A stretch of 64,000 bases of DNA from assembly GCA_963668355.1 (NCBI GenBank), contig OY764265.1:2688001-2752000 (forward strand), read 5' to 3'. Source of the stretch: Bdellovibrionota bacterium. GTDB taxonomy: Bacteria > Bdellovibrionota_G > JALEGL01 > DATDPG01. Made by a program: the position numbers and the translations under genes. Position 1 is the first letter of the stretch, and each line of letters opens with the position of its first letter. Shown here piece after piece: positions 1-10,672 of this stretch. The notes under the pieces were generated by a model. That model was not told the DNA's origin and did no database searches. It was given only the letters and a program-made list of their open reading frames with translations.

Positions 1-1074
1 TGCCAAGGCCCGTTGATACTCTTCTTCAGAGATTTTCTGAAACTCAAGCAGTTTGGCCAAAACCAATCGTTTCCTTTTTTCGGCATTCTCGGGACTTCGG
101 TAGGGAGAATATCTTCCCGGCGACTGGATAAGCCCTGCAAGCAAGGCTTGCTCAGCCAACGTTAAATATTGAATGCGCTTGGAGAAATAAAATCGAGATG
201 CCTCCCCAAATCCATGAATGGAAAAGGAACCCCGCTGACCCAAATAAATTTCGTTCAAATAGGCTTCGAGGATTTCATCCTTTGAATACAATGCCTCTGC
301 AATCACCGTCATGATGGCTTCCTTGAACTTACGACGGAGGGTTCGTTCGGGGGTTAAAAAGAAATTCTTCATGAGTTGTTGCGTCAAGGTACTCCCACCC
401 TGTTTGGCTCCCCCCGGAGTCAAATTGGAGAAAAAAGCCCGCGCAATCCCCCGAAAACTGATTCCATGATGATCGTAGAAGGCTCGATCTTCCATGACCA
501 AGATACCATTCACCAAGCCCGAGGGAACTTCCTCCAGACGAATGAGGGAGCGGTCCTCTTTTTGGGAAGACGAAATATCGCCAATTCGTTCCGGCTCCAG
601 AGTGGCCGTATAGGCCTCCTCCACCTTCTGCGTCTCTGGATTCCAGATTCCCAAAGAGGTGATGGATGCTTCTTCCAGACCCAAAACCAGCGTTTTTTCA
701 ACATGCTCATTGGAGGCCACCCGAAAACTACGAACCCCCAACACAAATTGACCTCTCTTTTTAGTCCATTCTCCCGTTCGGGGCGGAAATTCTTCGGTTT
801 TTAAATATCCAAGACGATCTAAATATTCGAGCAAGTCTCCTTCCAGAAGGGTTCCTCCTGGAAAGAGCAGCATTGGCGCAGCAAAAATTTTAGAGGCCAA
901 ATCCCATTTTTGCCCTCCCATCTTTTGGGTTACCAAATGCGCAGAATGAATCGAAAACAAAACGACAAAAATCAAAAGCAAAGAGCCCGCAAACAAAAAG
1001 ACCCCTTGAAAAGATTTAAGTCGTTTTAGAAAATTCCACGTTTTCGAACCACGGTGCTTCCGACGATTCGCCAA
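1..1074 (-). CDS. mrcB: Penicillin-binding protein 1B-like transglycosylase/transpeptidase (runs off window start)
   Basis: Translated by hand (absent from ORF track): TTG start after AGGAG; N-terminal TM segment; GT51 motifs EDRAFYDHHG, GGSTLTQQLMKNFF, RKFKEA, KDEILEAYLNEIYLG. Confidence 0.9.
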   Translation of the reverse strand, partial: MANRRKHRGSKTWNFLKRLKSFQGVFLFAGSLLLIFVVLFSIHSAHLVTQKMGGQKWDLASKIFAAPMLLFPGGTLLEGDLLEYLDRLGYLKTEEFPPRTGEWTKKRGQFVLGVRSFRVASNEHVEKTLVLGLEEASITSLGIWNPETQKVEEAYTATLEPERIGDISSSQKEDRSLIRLEEVPSGLVNGILVMEDRAFYDHHGISFRGIARAFFSNLTPGGAKQGGSTLTQQLMKNFFLTPERTLRRKFKEAIMTVIAEALYSKDEILEAYLNEIYLGQRGSFSIHGFGEASRFYFSKRIQYLTLAEQALLAGLIQSPGRYSPYRSPENAEKRKRLVLAKLLEFQKISEEEYQRALA

Positions 1075-1493
1075 CGCCCACTCCTTTTCTCAAAATGAAG
1101 ATGAAGCTCAGCGGCCCGAATGGGATTTCCAAAAAGCCGTTCTTTTCGCTCCCCTTCAATGCCATCAATTTTCATTTTCAACTTCGCCAAAGCTGTCATT
1201 CCTTTGATCTGAACCTCCAAAATATTCGTTTTGACTTCCAATCTCTCGAAGCGACCAAAAATCCTCTGAAGTCGGTTTTTAAGATTGGCTTTCGTGTTAT
1301 TCACATTGTCCGAATAATCTTCCGAAACGGCGTTAACAACGGAGTCATAACGAAGCTCTTCCATTCCAACCCGCATATCCTCAATCACGCCACGAATCGC
1401 CTGTTCGTCCGGATTCTTTGAGCAATTCAGGAACAAAAAACTGCTTCCAATAATCAAAGTCCAAGCCCAGATGTTCACCCATTTCTTTTTCAC
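1026..1493 (-). CDS. Lipoprotein with NTF2/SnoaL-like fold
   Basis: Lipobox FLNC; 'VSEDYSD' and C-terminal 'FEKRSGRWRIVGS' typical of NTF2-like proteins. Confidence 0.65.
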   Translation of the reverse strand: MKKKWVNIWAWTLIIGSSFLFLNCSKNPDEQAIRGVIEDMRVGMEELRYDSVVNAVSEDYSDNVNNTKANLKNRLQRIFGRFERLEVKTNILEVQIKGMTALAKLKMKIDGIEGERKERLFGNPIRAAELHLHFEKRSGRWRIVGSTVVRKRGIF

Positions 1494-1660
1494 GGCACAG
1501 AAGCTTACACGGAGTGCAAAAAATTGCTCCCCCCCACGTTTCCCCTGAAATAATGTAAAATATTCAACCGGGGAAAAGATCTATCTATCTGTTTTTATTG
1601 TTTTTTTATTTCGGCTTTTGAGCCGAACTCCGAGTTACAACATTTTCCCCCGCCTTGGTT

Positions 1661-1756
1661 TGGCGGAAGTGCATGGGAATCGAACCCACCTGCATCGTTT
1701 GACGGACGCACAACGGTTTTGAAGACCGAGAGGGACGCCAGTCCCTTTCCACTTCC
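1661..1756 (-). tRNA. selC: tRNA-Sec (anticodon UCA)
   Basis: 96 nt; 6-bp D-stem AGGGAC/GTCCCT with 4-nt loop; anticodon loop CTTCAAA; long variable arm; GGTTCGATTCC T-arm; G discriminator plus CCA. Confidence 0.93.
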
Positions 1757-1880
1757 ACGCCTTATCTGCCATGAATTCGATTTGCCATCAACCTTCCTTC
1801 TCTTCCAAGGGGGACTTGCGAGATTTAGTCCAAGCCATTACTGTGCCTCGGTCTGAGTACATCAGCAGAAGGAGACAAAT

Positions 1881-3248
1881 ATGACGCTATCTCACAAAGA
1901 TTTGGATGCCATCGTTGAAAAGCAAAGGAAGGATTTCATTGCGGACTATAAGAAACTCGTTGAGATCCCTTCGGTTAGCCCTGACCCAGCCCACAAAAAA
2001 GATGTCGAAAAGGTTTGTGAGATGGCCGCTGAGTACATTCAGCAAGCGGGAGGCACAGCCGAAATCATTTCTTCCAAAGGAAATCCTGCTGTATTTGGAC
2101 GCTTCGAGGTGGATCCCAATGCCCCCACCGTAGCGCTTTATGCTCACTTAGATGTTCAACCAGCGACCAAAGGCGAAGGTGGTTGGACACGAGATCCCTT
2201 TGACTTCGTGGAGGAGAAGGGTCGTTTCTATTCCCGTGGAACCACAGATGACAAAGGCCCCGCCTTAACAGCCTTCTGGGCGGCAAAAATCGCAAAAGAC
2301 ATGAACATTCCACTCAATATCGAGTTCATTTTCGAAACCGAAGAGGAAATTGGCAGTCCAAGCTTTCCCGAAATCATCGAGAAAATTAAACCGAAGATGA
2401 AAGCTTCTTCCGTCATCATTTCCGACACCATTTGGATTGCCCAAGGAAAGCCCGCCATCACAATCGGCCTAAGAGGGTTATGCGGACTTATGGTGAAATT
2501 GCGAACCAGCAGCAAAGATACGCATTCGGGAATGACGGGAGGCCCGGCCCGAAATCCCGTGGGGGAACTCTGTCAGGTCATCGCAAAATGTTATGACGCC
2601 AAGACGGGTGAAATCACCATTCCGGGATTTGCCGAGACATGGACGCCTCCTACACAAGAGCAAATCAATGAATTTGTGGAGGCCGGTTTTGACATTCCAA
2701 AATTTAAGGCGGCGCATGGCTTGGAGAAACTCCGCTATGATGATCCTGGCGTGGTGGCATCCAAAATTTATGCTTCTCCAACCTTCGAGGTACACGGAAT
2801 TGCAGGAGGTTACCAAGGGCCCGGAATCAAAACTGTGGTTCCCCCTGAGGCCGAAGCGAAAATTAGCTGCCGATTGATTCCCGGCCAAGATCCCGACCAA
2901 GTCTTTGAACTCGTTCAGAAATACATCAAGGAACTCTGTCCGGATTGCGAAATTGAAAAGGAGAATGTTCTCAAACCCTATGGGGCCAAGGTCGATCGAA
3001 AATACATCGAAGCCGTAAAAGATTCGATTGAGTTTGGATTTGGCAAGCGTCCTGCGGAAATGGTTGAGGGGGGCTCCATCGGGGCTGCCGTCACCATGGA
3101 TGAGATGCTAAACATTCCGGTGGTCTTCATGGGATTGAGCCTACCTACCGACAGCTATCACGGCCCCGACGAAAGCTTCGCATGGGAGCAGGTGTCAGGT
3201 GGGGTACGTTCCTTCGTGAAATACTTCGACCTTTTATCCAAGATGTAG
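1881..3248 (+). CDS. M20/M25/M40 family metallo-dipeptidase
   Basis: YAHLDVQP, RGTTDDKGP, ETEEEIGS, HGPDE motifs; AAGGAG RBS. Confidence 0.92.
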   Translation: MTLSHKDLDAIVEKQRKDFIADYKKLVEIPSVSPDPAHKKDVEKVCEMAAEYIQQAGGTAEIISSKGNPAVFGRFEVDPNAPTVALYAHLDVQPATKGEGGWTRDPFDFVEEKGRFYSRGTTDDKGPALTAFWAAKIAKDMNIPLNIEFIFETEEEIGSPSFPEIIEKIKPKMKASSVIISDTIWIAQGKPAITIGLRGLCGLMVKLRTSSKDTHSGMTGGPARNPVGELCQVIAKCYDAKTGEITIPGFAETWTPPTQEQINEFVEAGFDIPKFKAAHGLEKLRYDDPGVVASKIYASPTFEVHGIAGGYQGPGIKTVVPPEAEAKISCRLIPGQDPDQVFELVQKYIKELCPDCEIEKENVLKPYGAKVDRKYIEAVKDSIEFGFGKRPAEMVEGGSIGAAVTMDEMLNIPVVFMGLSLPTDSYHGPDESFAWEQVSGGVRSFVKYFDLLSKM

Positions 3249-3262
3249 TTTGAGGTGACCTC

Positions 3263-4276
3263 ATGAGTGCCGAAGTTTCGTTTGATCAATACATGCATCC
3301 CCTTCCCACAGCTTTGTCTGCAGAAGAAAAGGAAGAGCAAGACCATTTGGTCGCGGAAATTCAAACGCTTAAAAAAGAAAAGAATGCACTCATTTTAAGC
3401 CACAATTACCAACTTCCCGAAATTCATCGGGTTACGGACATTGCAGGGGATTCATATGGTTTGGCCGTCGCTGCAAAGAAATCGAAGGCCGACATCATCG
3501 TGTTTTGCGGAGTTCGATTCATGGCGGAAACCGCCCATATGTTGAATCCGGATAAGAAAGTGCTTCTCCCCGAAGAAATGGCCGGTTGTGCCCTGGCAGA
3601 TGAGATCACGGCTGATCAAGTCCGACAATGGAAGCAGAACAATCCGGACGCACAAGTCGTCATGTACATCAATTCCTCGGCCGACGTAAAAGCCGAAGTG
3701 GATGCCATATGCACCAGTTCAAATGCCTTGCACATTGTGGATTCGATGGAGAGCGACACAATCCTTTTTGGCCCGGATGCAAACCTGGCCCATGTCGTCA
3801 TGCAAAAAACGAAGAAAAAAGTCTTTCCCTGGTCAGGATGCTGCCCCGTTCACAAGGCAGTGACCAAAGAAATGCTCGAAGGAACGCTTTCGCTTCATCC
3901 AGACGCTGTCGTGCTTGTTCATCCCGAGTGCAATCCGGACGTCATCGAGTTGGCCGATGAGGTTTTAAGCACCAGTCAAATGTTGGATGTTCTGGCCAAG
4001 CGTCCAGAGAAAAAATTTGTCATCGGGACTGAAATTGGACTCATCCAACAAGCGCAAAAGCAATTTCCCGAAAAAGAGATCCACCCCATTTACCAGCATA
4101 AAAGTTGCGATGAAAGTTGCGCGTGTCCCTATATGAAAATTACCAATCTAAAAAGTGTCAAACGCTCTTTGGAAACCGAAACGCATTTGATTACGTTGCC
4201 CGAAGACGTTCGACAGAAAGCCCTCAAGTCCGTTGAGAAAATGTTAGAACTGGGGCTTCCCAAAACAAACTCTTAA
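3263..4276 (+). CDS. nadA: Quinolinate synthase A
   Basis: HNYQ, FCGVRFMAETA, YINSSA, CTSSNA, HPEC, CPYMK motifs. Confidence 0.97.
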   Translation: MSAEVSFDQYMHPLPTALSAEEKEEQDHLVAEIQTLKKEKNALILSHNYQLPEIHRVTDIAGDSYGLAVAAKKSKADIIVFCGVRFMAETAHMLNPDKKVLLPEEMAGCALADEITADQVRQWKQNNPDAQVVMYINSSADVKAEVDAICTSSNALHIVDSMESDTILFGPDANLAHVVMQKTKKKVFPWSGCCPVHKAVTKEMLEGTLSLHPDAVVLVHPECNPDVIELADEVLSTSQMLDVLAKRPEKKFVIGTEIGLIQQAQKQFPEKEIHPIYQHKSCDESCACPYMKITNLKSVKRSLETETHLITLPEDVRQKALKSVEKMLELGLPKTNS

Positions 4277-4314
4277 AGGCCCCGCAAAGGTCAATCGACC
4301 TTCGCGGGCACCTT
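4275..4314. terminator. Hairpin terminator between convergent nadA and lipoprotein gene
   Basis: Imperfect inverted repeat AAAGGCCCCGCAAAGGTC-AATC-GACCTTCGCGGGCACCTTT. Confidence 0.65.
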
Positions 4315-4331
4315 TGGTTTGAACAACAAAC

Positions 4332-5558
4332 TCAGAGATTATCTAAGAATTCCGAATCAAAATCAGATTCTTCGGTTCCCCCTGCAGAAAGGAAGTCTTC
4401 TGAAGTGATGTCATCTTCATACGCATCGCACCCCCAACCACCTTCCGGTGAAAGCGAAGAAGATTTCACAATTTTGGAGTCCACATTATTAAACTCATCC
4501 GGGCCTCCGTTTCCGTAAGCTACTCCAAAGTCTTCCCGTGTCGCTTCCGCGCTCACACAGTAATAATTGATTTCCGCATCTTCGTAAGTGGACTCTCCTT
4601 CCCACTCTTTGATTTTGAATAGGAAATACTCTCCTTCGCCTTGAGACACACCAACCCCAACGAAAGCCATATTGTATCCGCCCTCGTTGCCCACATTTTG
4701 TTTCAAATATTTTGCCGTGAAACTGTGAGTTTCAGGGTCTCCCGTGATCTGCCATTGAGGCAAGAAACCTTGCTCTGTCCACATGGCCACTTCCATCGTC
4801 AAATCACTCGTGGACTCATCATACTCCGCGACATACAGAGCCCTTTCATGCGCTCCGCCTTGCTCGTTTTCCCACATATTTCCAACCAAGAGATTGGTCA
4901 CATCCCCATCGACTTGCCAAGCAAGATGAAGGGATCCGTCCTGTCCTCCTCCGCTCCCAATTTCCACCGTTCGATAATATTGATACTCGGCATCGTTTAG
5001 CAGAGTGAAGTGGGTGTATGGCATGGGGTCGAAAGCGTGAAGGGTCGTGAACTCACTTCGCGCTTCCAATTCCGACGCATAGGAATCTCCTTGCACATCC
5101 GCCGTTTGAGATCCGGCATCTTCGCCCGTCAAGGTTCCCGCCATGATTTCCAATAAATCGAGTTCATTTTGAAGGTTCTCCACGCCCCAAGCGGAGGCAT
5201 TAAAATCCGGCTCATCATCATCGTTTTCATCCAAATCGATGTCCGGGTAATCTTGCAATGTCGGATCATCATTCGCATCGGCCAGAACCCGATACAATTG
5301 ATACGCAATATTCCCTTGTTCGACATTATTGCAGGTCCAATCGTCTTCGCAGGTGGTGATCTCATCTTGCGTCCTCAATCGATTGTTCAATAACCCCTCA
5401 ATCGCCGAGTCCACCACCGGAACCACATCGGATGACAATTCCGCGAAATTTGCTTGAACCGCATCCGTATTTAAAGACTCATCCTCCCCACCACACGACA
5501 CGAGAAACAACGGAATGCATAACAAAGAAACAAAAGATAGATACGAAAGCGACTTCAT
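4332..5558 (-). CDS. Very acidic lipoprotein of unknown function
   Basis: Lipobox LVSC; GGGAGG RBS; D/E-rich 408-aa ORF. Confidence 0.8.
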   Translation of the reverse strand: MKSLSYLSFVSLLCIPLFLVSCGGEDESLNTDAVQANFAELSSDVVPVVDSAIEGLLNNRLRTQDEITTCEDDWTCNNVEQGNIAYQLYRVLADANDDPTLQDYPDIDLDENDDDEPDFNASAWGVENLQNELDLLEIMAGTLTGEDAGSQTADVQGDSYASELEARSEFTTLHAFDPMPYTHFTLLNDAEYQYYRTVEIGSGGGQDGSLHLAWQVDGDVTNLLVGNMWENEQGGAHERALYVAEYDESTSDLTMEVAMWTEQGFLPQWQITGDPETHSFTAKYLKQNVGNEGGYNMAFVGVGVSQGEGEYFLFKIKEWEGESTYEDAEINYYCVSAEATREDFGVAYGNGGPDEFNNVDSKIVKSSSLSPEGGWGCDAYEDDITSEDFLSAGGTEESDFDSEFLDNL

Positions 5559-5676
5559 AGATCCTCCCGAAGAAAAAAGTTTAACCTGAATGATTATCCC
5601 TCCTTGGGCTTATTTCGCAAAGATTCAAATCTGGACTTGCACGCAACGCGTCCTTTTTTGGCTTTGATTTTGCTTT

Positions 5677-7185
5677 TTAAAAATCTCGCAAAGGAAGAGA
5701 CGGGGTTGGTTCAAAACTCCATAATTTTCCGGGGTTGAATCGATCTTCGGGATCCAAGGCATCTTTGACGTCTTTAAACAGCGGAAGCAAACTCTCCCAT
5801 TGCTGACGAAAATACTTACGCCGCAATAGCCCATCGCCATGTTCACCGGAAATGGATCCGCCCATGGAAAGTGCCAAAGCGTATACGCGATCCATGAGAG
5901 TGGTGATTCGCTCTTCCAGGCCTGGACTTAGAATGTCGATCATCGGATTGGTGTGCAGATGTCCATCTCCCACATGGCCAAAAATGGCGCCCTCGCAATC
6001 GTTTTCCTTCAAGATCGTTCGAAGGGAAACGACGTATTCCTCCAAGCGATTTGGAGGGACTACAATATCCTCAATGCACCGAAGCGGCTTCCGACCTTTT
6101 TCCTCGGCTTCCTCATGCAAGGCCTTCGATGCTTCACTCCTCAAATCCCACAAAATTTTCTGCGAAGTCTCTCCCGACAAGAGGGTTCCATTAAAATCCG
6201 GAAAATCATCGGGGAGCTCATTTTCCCACTCCACCCAAAGCGAAGCGGACGCATTCGTGAGCCCCAATTCCTGGACCTTCGAAGCATCCACCTTTCGTAA
6301 AGCTCCCAAAATGAAAGAATCCACCAACTCTATGGCCACGGGATCTTGCTTTCGAATGTACGGGAGTACCTCCAACGCTTTTTCAATCGTGGAAAAGGAA
6401 TACACGCGCGTAAAACGTCTGGAAGGAAGCGGAGCAATTTTCAAACGGGCTTCAACCACCAAACCCAGCGTTCCTTCGGAGCCCACCATCAAACCCGTGA
6501 AAGAAGGAGGAAACTCTTGGAGGGCAGCTAAATGATATCCGCTGGAGTTCTTTCGAAGACCCTTTAAAGGTTGCATCTCTGGAGACCATCCTTTTCGAAC
6601 CTTTTGGACCAACTCCGGAAACCAAGATTCCATTTCCGAAGTCCAAACAACCCTTCCATCCGCAAGAACAACTTTGAGATCCAAGACATGTTCTCGTGTG
6701 GATCCATAACGAAAGCACTTCGGGCCTGAGGCGTTCGTCGCAATCATACCTCCAATCGCACATTTGGCTCGACTCGAGGGATCCGGCAAAAATCGTGTTT
6801 GGTGTTTCTTTAGAACCTCATTCAGTTTATTTAAAAGAACGCCCGGTTGAACTCGGGCTTCACTTCGAGAGACTTCCAAAACCTGATTCATATGTTTCGA
6901 AAAATCCAGAATGATGCCCTCGCCGATCGCTTGTCCGGCCACGCCGCTTCCCCCGCCTCGCGCAGTGATTGAAATGCCCCGCTCTTTCGCCCAAATTACG
7001 CATTGAACCACGTCTTTTTCGTCCCGTGGCTGGACCACCGCCAAAGGAATTTCCGTTAAAATTGACTCATCTCTGGCGTACTCTGAAACTTGATCGGAGT
7101 ACGGAAAGACTTCACCGGAAATGAGTTGCGAGAGCTTGGCAAAAGCGTCGGACTTAAGAGGCTTTTTGTTGATTCTTTTTGACAA
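5677..7185 (-). CDS. FAD-binding oxidoreductase (GlcD/D-lactate dehydrogenase type)
   Basis: [51 protein letters not shown]. Confidence 0.9.
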   Translation of the reverse strand: MSKRINKKPLKSDAFAKLSQLISGEVFPYSDQVSEYARDESILTEIPLAVVQPRDEKDVVQCVIWAKERGISITARGGGSGVAGQAIGEGIILDFSKHMNQVLEVSRSEARVQPGVLLNKLNEVLKKHQTRFLPDPSSRAKCAIGGMIATNASGPKCFRYGSTREHVLDLKVVLADGRVVWTSEMESWFPELVQKVRKGWSPEMQPLKGLRKNSSGYHLAALQEFPPSFTGLMVGSEGTLGLVVEARLKIAPLPSRRFTRVYSFSTIEKALEVLPYIRKQDPVAIELVDSFILGALRKVDASKVQELGLTNASASLWVEWENELPDDFPDFNGTLLSGETSQKILWDLRSEASKALHEEAEEKGRKPLRCIEDIVVPPNRLEEYVVSLRTILKENDCEGAIFGHVGDGHLHTNPMIDILSPGLEERITTLMDRVYALALSMGGSISGEHGDGLLRRKYFRQQWESLLPLFKDVKDALDPEDRFNPGKLWSFEPTPSLPLRDF

Positions 7186-7654
7186 GAAACTTCTCGTTTT
7201 GAATTTTCTTCTGCAAAACCAAAAGAGCTTCCGTCAAGGCTTCGGGTCTGGGAGGACAACCGGGAACGTATACATCTACGGGCACAATTTTATCCACGCC
7301 CTTCATGACGGAATAACTTAACGAGAACAATCCTCCACAGGTCGCACAACTCCCCATGGAAATTACATATTTGGGATCAGGCATTTGAGCATAAAGTCGT
7401 TTTACGCGTTCACCCATTTTGTACGTAAGGGTTCCGGCGACGATCATGATATCCGATTGTCTTGGAGTCGCCCTGGGGATGGCTCCAAATCGATCCACAT
7501 CCGATCTCGGGCCTCCCGTTTGCATCAATTCAATGGCGCAGCACGCCAAGCCAAACAACAGGTACCACTCAGAATTTCCGCGCGCCCAGTTGATGAGATC
7601 ATCCACCTTGGCCGTCAGGATCGTATCGCTCATTTCTCCATTTACATTGAACAT
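7154..7654 (-). CDS. nuoB: NADH-quinone oxidoreductase subunit B (stand-alone copy)
   Basis: [31 protein letters not shown]. Confidence 0.93.
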   Translation of the reverse strand: MFNVNGEMSDTILTAKVDDLINWARGNSEWYLLFGLACCAIELMQTGGPRSDVDRFGAIPRATPRQSDIMIVAGTLTYKMGERVKRLYAQMPDPKYVISMGSCATCGGLFSLSYSVMKGVDKIVPVDVYVPGCPPRPEALTEALLVLQKKIQNEKFLVKKNQQKAS

Positions 7655-7701
7655 GGTTGCGGGGTTTTACATCATTTCCATCCAGGTGACTAGATGGGGG
7701 G

Positions 7702-8778
7702 TCATTTTACAACGGTAAGGGCTCTAGATTTCTTGGCTTTTTCATCTTCCTCATTCATCAAAAGCGGGATGGCTTGGCGATCCTGTCGACGAATGGCCTT
7801 GAGAAAACTCTGTTCGATGCTGTCTTCCAATTCGTGGACTTTCCAGGCTTCCAGCCCCGGAGTCTCGACTTTTCCGCCGGCCATCAAACCATGTCCTCCG
7901 CCCATGCCTTTGCCCCGCAGGAGACGCTTCATCAAGGATCCGGCATTCTTTCTCACATTGGTCGTTCGAATGGAAAGGTGAATGGCATTTTCATACTGCC
8001 CCATGGACAAAACCCACGTGGCTCCCTCCAAACGAAGCATCAAGTCGGCGATTTCGGGAATAACATCCGGATTATCCACCACGCCCATACGCGTCACCAC
8101 CGCATTTCCCACCAAACGAGCATTTTGAATGGCATTCCGAAGCCAACGAAAATAATTTCGAGACACGCGCGAATTTACGATCTTGGCCAGGACTCGACGA
8201 TCCGCAATCGGAAGGAGCTTCATATAGTGGTCCATGTCCACTTTCCGCGCCTCTCTCCCCAAATCCTGGGTTTCAGAGCGAATGCCGTAGAGCAATGCGG
8301 TAGCCAAGCGTGGCGCAATTTCCAGATCGAAGTGATAGAGGTATTCCGCCATGATCGTTGCGGTGGCCCCATAATCCAAGCGAACGTCCACAAAGGGGAC
8401 CTTGCGTGTAGGCGCAATCACGGGATGGTGATCCAAAACCAAATCCGGGACCCGTCTCTTGGGCAACGAATTGTTCCCCGTTTGGGGCTGCGTATCCACC
8501 ATCGCAATTTTCGTATAATCCTTCACCTTCACGCGATCGAGCTTGCGCAACTTCAATTTCAAGTACTTCACCATATGGGCATTTTCCGACCGGCCAATGA
8601 TGCCTCCATAGGCGATGGTGGTCTTCTTCACACCAAACACCTTCGCTAGAAATTGAAGGGCCGCCGCACTGGATATGGAATCCGGATCTGGGTGATCATG
8701 CGCAATGATCAACAAAGAGTCCTTCTCTTTGAGAGAATCAAAAAATTTTTCAAGTATGGTGGGTTGATCGGAGTTCAT
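7702..8778 (-). CDS. DHH family phosphoesterase (NrnA-like)
   Basis: HDHPDPDS, LDHH, GGGGH-like GMGGGH motifs; start moved to ATG at 8778. Confidence 0.88.
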   Translation of the reverse strand: MNSDQPTILEKFFDSLKEKDSLLIIAHDHPDPDSISSAAALQFLAKVFGVKKTTIAYGGIIGRSENAHMVKYLKLKLRKLDRVKVKDYTKIAMVDTQPQTGNNSLPKRRVPDLVLDHHPVIAPTRKVPFVDVRLDYGATATIMAEYLYHFDLEIAPRLATALLYGIRSETQDLGREARKVDMDHYMKLLPIADRRVLAKIVNSRVSRNYFRWLRNAIQNARLVGNAVVTRMGVVDNPDVIPEIADLMLRLEGATWVLSMGQYENAIHLSIRTTNVRKNAGSLMKRLLRGKGMGGGHGLMAGGKVETPGLEAWKVHELEDSIEQSFLKAIRRQDRQAIPLLMNEEDEKAKKSRALTVVK

Positions 8779-8950
8779 TTGGAAATTCAAGAAGCCTGTT
8801 TTTGAGATCCCCAGTATAGCCCTTTCCCAGACACCCACAAGAACCCGGAGGATAAAAAAAAGGCAACCCCGTGGAATGTTTGCCAAGTTTACAAACTTTA
8901 TGCCAAATTTCCTTGATTTATCTCATAAGAAAACGGTAGGAAGCCTAGCC

Positions 8951-10162
8951 ATGAAGGATGAAACCCTGAATAACCCTGAAGTAAAGGAAACTCCCGACCA
9001 AAAACTCGACCAAATGATCGAGAAGGGAAATGTCGATTTCTATTTCCGCCCCGGATTAGAAGGCATTCCAGCCTGTCAGTCCAATATCGGATACATTGAT
9101 GGCGTTCGAGGCATCCTGGAATACCGCGGCGTACGAATCGAAGAGTTGGCGGAAAAATCGAATTTTGAAGAAGTCTCTTTTCTCCTTCTACACGCCAAAC
9201 TCCCCAAAGCCGACTTCCTCAAAAAATGGACGCTCGATCTCACTCGGCACCGAAGACTTCCGGAGGGACTCTTGGACACCCTTCGCAGATACCCACAAAC
9301 GGCTCATCCCATGGAGGTGTTGCAATCTGCGGTAGCCGCGATGGGCATGTACTACCATGGTGACGACGTTTCCGAAGAGGAGGAACGCTTCCACTCCATT
9401 TGTCGAATCATCGCCAAAATCCCCACCATCATTGGCGCCTTTCATCGCATTCGAAACGGAGAAGAGCCCATTTTGCCGAATGACGATCTCTCTCACTCCG
9501 CCAATTTTTTATACATGGTGACGGGAAAGGTTCCGTCTGAACGAGAAGCCAGACTCTTTGACGCCTGCCTCATTCTCCATGCCGAACATGGTTTAAATGC
9601 GTCTACCTTTGCAGCCAGAGCTGTAGGCTCAACATTGGCAGATCCATACGCTGTGGCATCCAGTGCCATCGCCTCCTTGAGTGGCCCTTTACATGGAGGA
9701 GCCAACGAACGGGTCATCAACATGTTTCGAGAAATTGAAACCATTGAAAATGTTCGCCCCTGGGTGGAAAAAGCTGTAGCCGAAAAACGTCGGATTATGG
9801 GCCTGGGACATCGGGTCTATAAGACCAAGGATCCACGCGCTTACGTTTTGGAAACCATGGCTGAAGAAGTATTCCAAGGAAGCAATGATCGATGCCTTAT
9901 GCTGGCGATGGAAGTTGAAAAAGTGGCCGGTGAGATGCTCGGTTCCAAGGGAATTTTCTCGAACGTCGATTTTTATTCTGGCCTGGTCTATCGCCAATTG
10001 GGCTTCACAGAAGACCTGTTCACAACCATTTTCGCCGCGGCTCGATCAGCCGGTTGGTTGGCCCATTGGTTGGAACAGCTAGAAGGCAATCGGATTTACC
10101 GACCCACGCAAATCTATCAAGGGGATCGAAATATGCCCTACATCCCCGCGGAAGAGCGTTAA
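8951..10162 (+). CDS. gltA: Citrate synthase
   Basis: HAEHGLNASTF, GPLHGGANE, MGLGHRVYK, NVDFYSG. Confidence 0.96.
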   Translation: MKDETLNNPEVKETPDQKLDQMIEKGNVDFYFRPGLEGIPACQSNIGYIDGVRGILEYRGVRIEELAEKSNFEEVSFLLLHAKLPKADFLKKWTLDLTRHRRLPEGLLDTLRRYPQTAHPMEVLQSAVAAMGMYYHGDDVSEEEERFHSICRIIAKIPTIIGAFHRIRNGEEPILPNDDLSHSANFLYMVTGKVPSEREARLFDACLILHAEHGLNASTFAARAVGSTLADPYAVASSAIASLSGPLHGGANERVINMFREIETIENVRPWVEKAVAEKRRIMGLGHRVYKTKDPRAYVLETMAEEVFQGSNDRCLMLAMEVEKVAGEMLGSKGIFSNVDFYSGLVYRQLGFTEDLFTTIFAAARSAGWLAHWLEQLEGNRIYRPTQIYQGDRNMPYIPAEER

Positions 10163-10186
10163 AAACGGAAAGAAACGCGCAAAAAA

Positions 10187-10672
10187 CTAGCGGCGCATGG
10201 ATTCCAGGGTTTGGTATTCATCGAGCAAAAGATTTTTTCGAAAAATCAGGCTCTCCCGAGATCCTGAGGACATAATATGGGTATCCGACATCACGATGGC
10301 ATCTTTTGGACACGACTCCTCACAGAGGCCACACACAATGCACCGACCCATGTCGATCGTAAATTCAGCGGGAACTCGTTCCCTTTCTTCAATTTTTTCA
10401 CATTCGCCGATTTTGATCGTAATGGCATCTGGAGGACAAACCACCTCGCATAACTTACATGCGACACACTTTTCAACGCCATCGTTTCCATTTACCAACC
10501 TCGGAAATCCGCGATATTTTTCCGGAAATTTCCACCGTTCTTCCGGAAATTGAAGCGTCACTTTCTTTCGAAAGAGATGACTGGCCGTCACCTTTAAACC
10601 GCGAAAAATTCCGGGAAAAAAAAGACGATCCCAGAATGAAAGATTGGGTCTAGGAGATGTAATTACCGCCAC
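10187..10672 (-). CDS. nuoI: NADH-quinone oxidoreductase subunit I
   Basis: Two 4Fe-4S motifs CVACKLCEVVCP and CIVCGLCEESCP. Confidence 0.93.
   Translation of the reverse strand: MAVITSPRPNLSFWDRLFFPGIFRGLKVTASHLFRKKVTLQFPEERWKFPEKYRGFPRLVNGNDGVEKCVACKLCEVVCPPDAITIKIGECEKIEERERVPAEFTIDMGRCIVCGLCEESCPKDAIVMSDTHIMSSGSRESLIFRKNLLLDEYQTLESMRR

Noticed and set aside
5585..5600. Fur box upstream of the acidic lipoprotein (AATGATTATC)
   Set aside because: Only a half-site; flanks do not complete the 19-bp consensus
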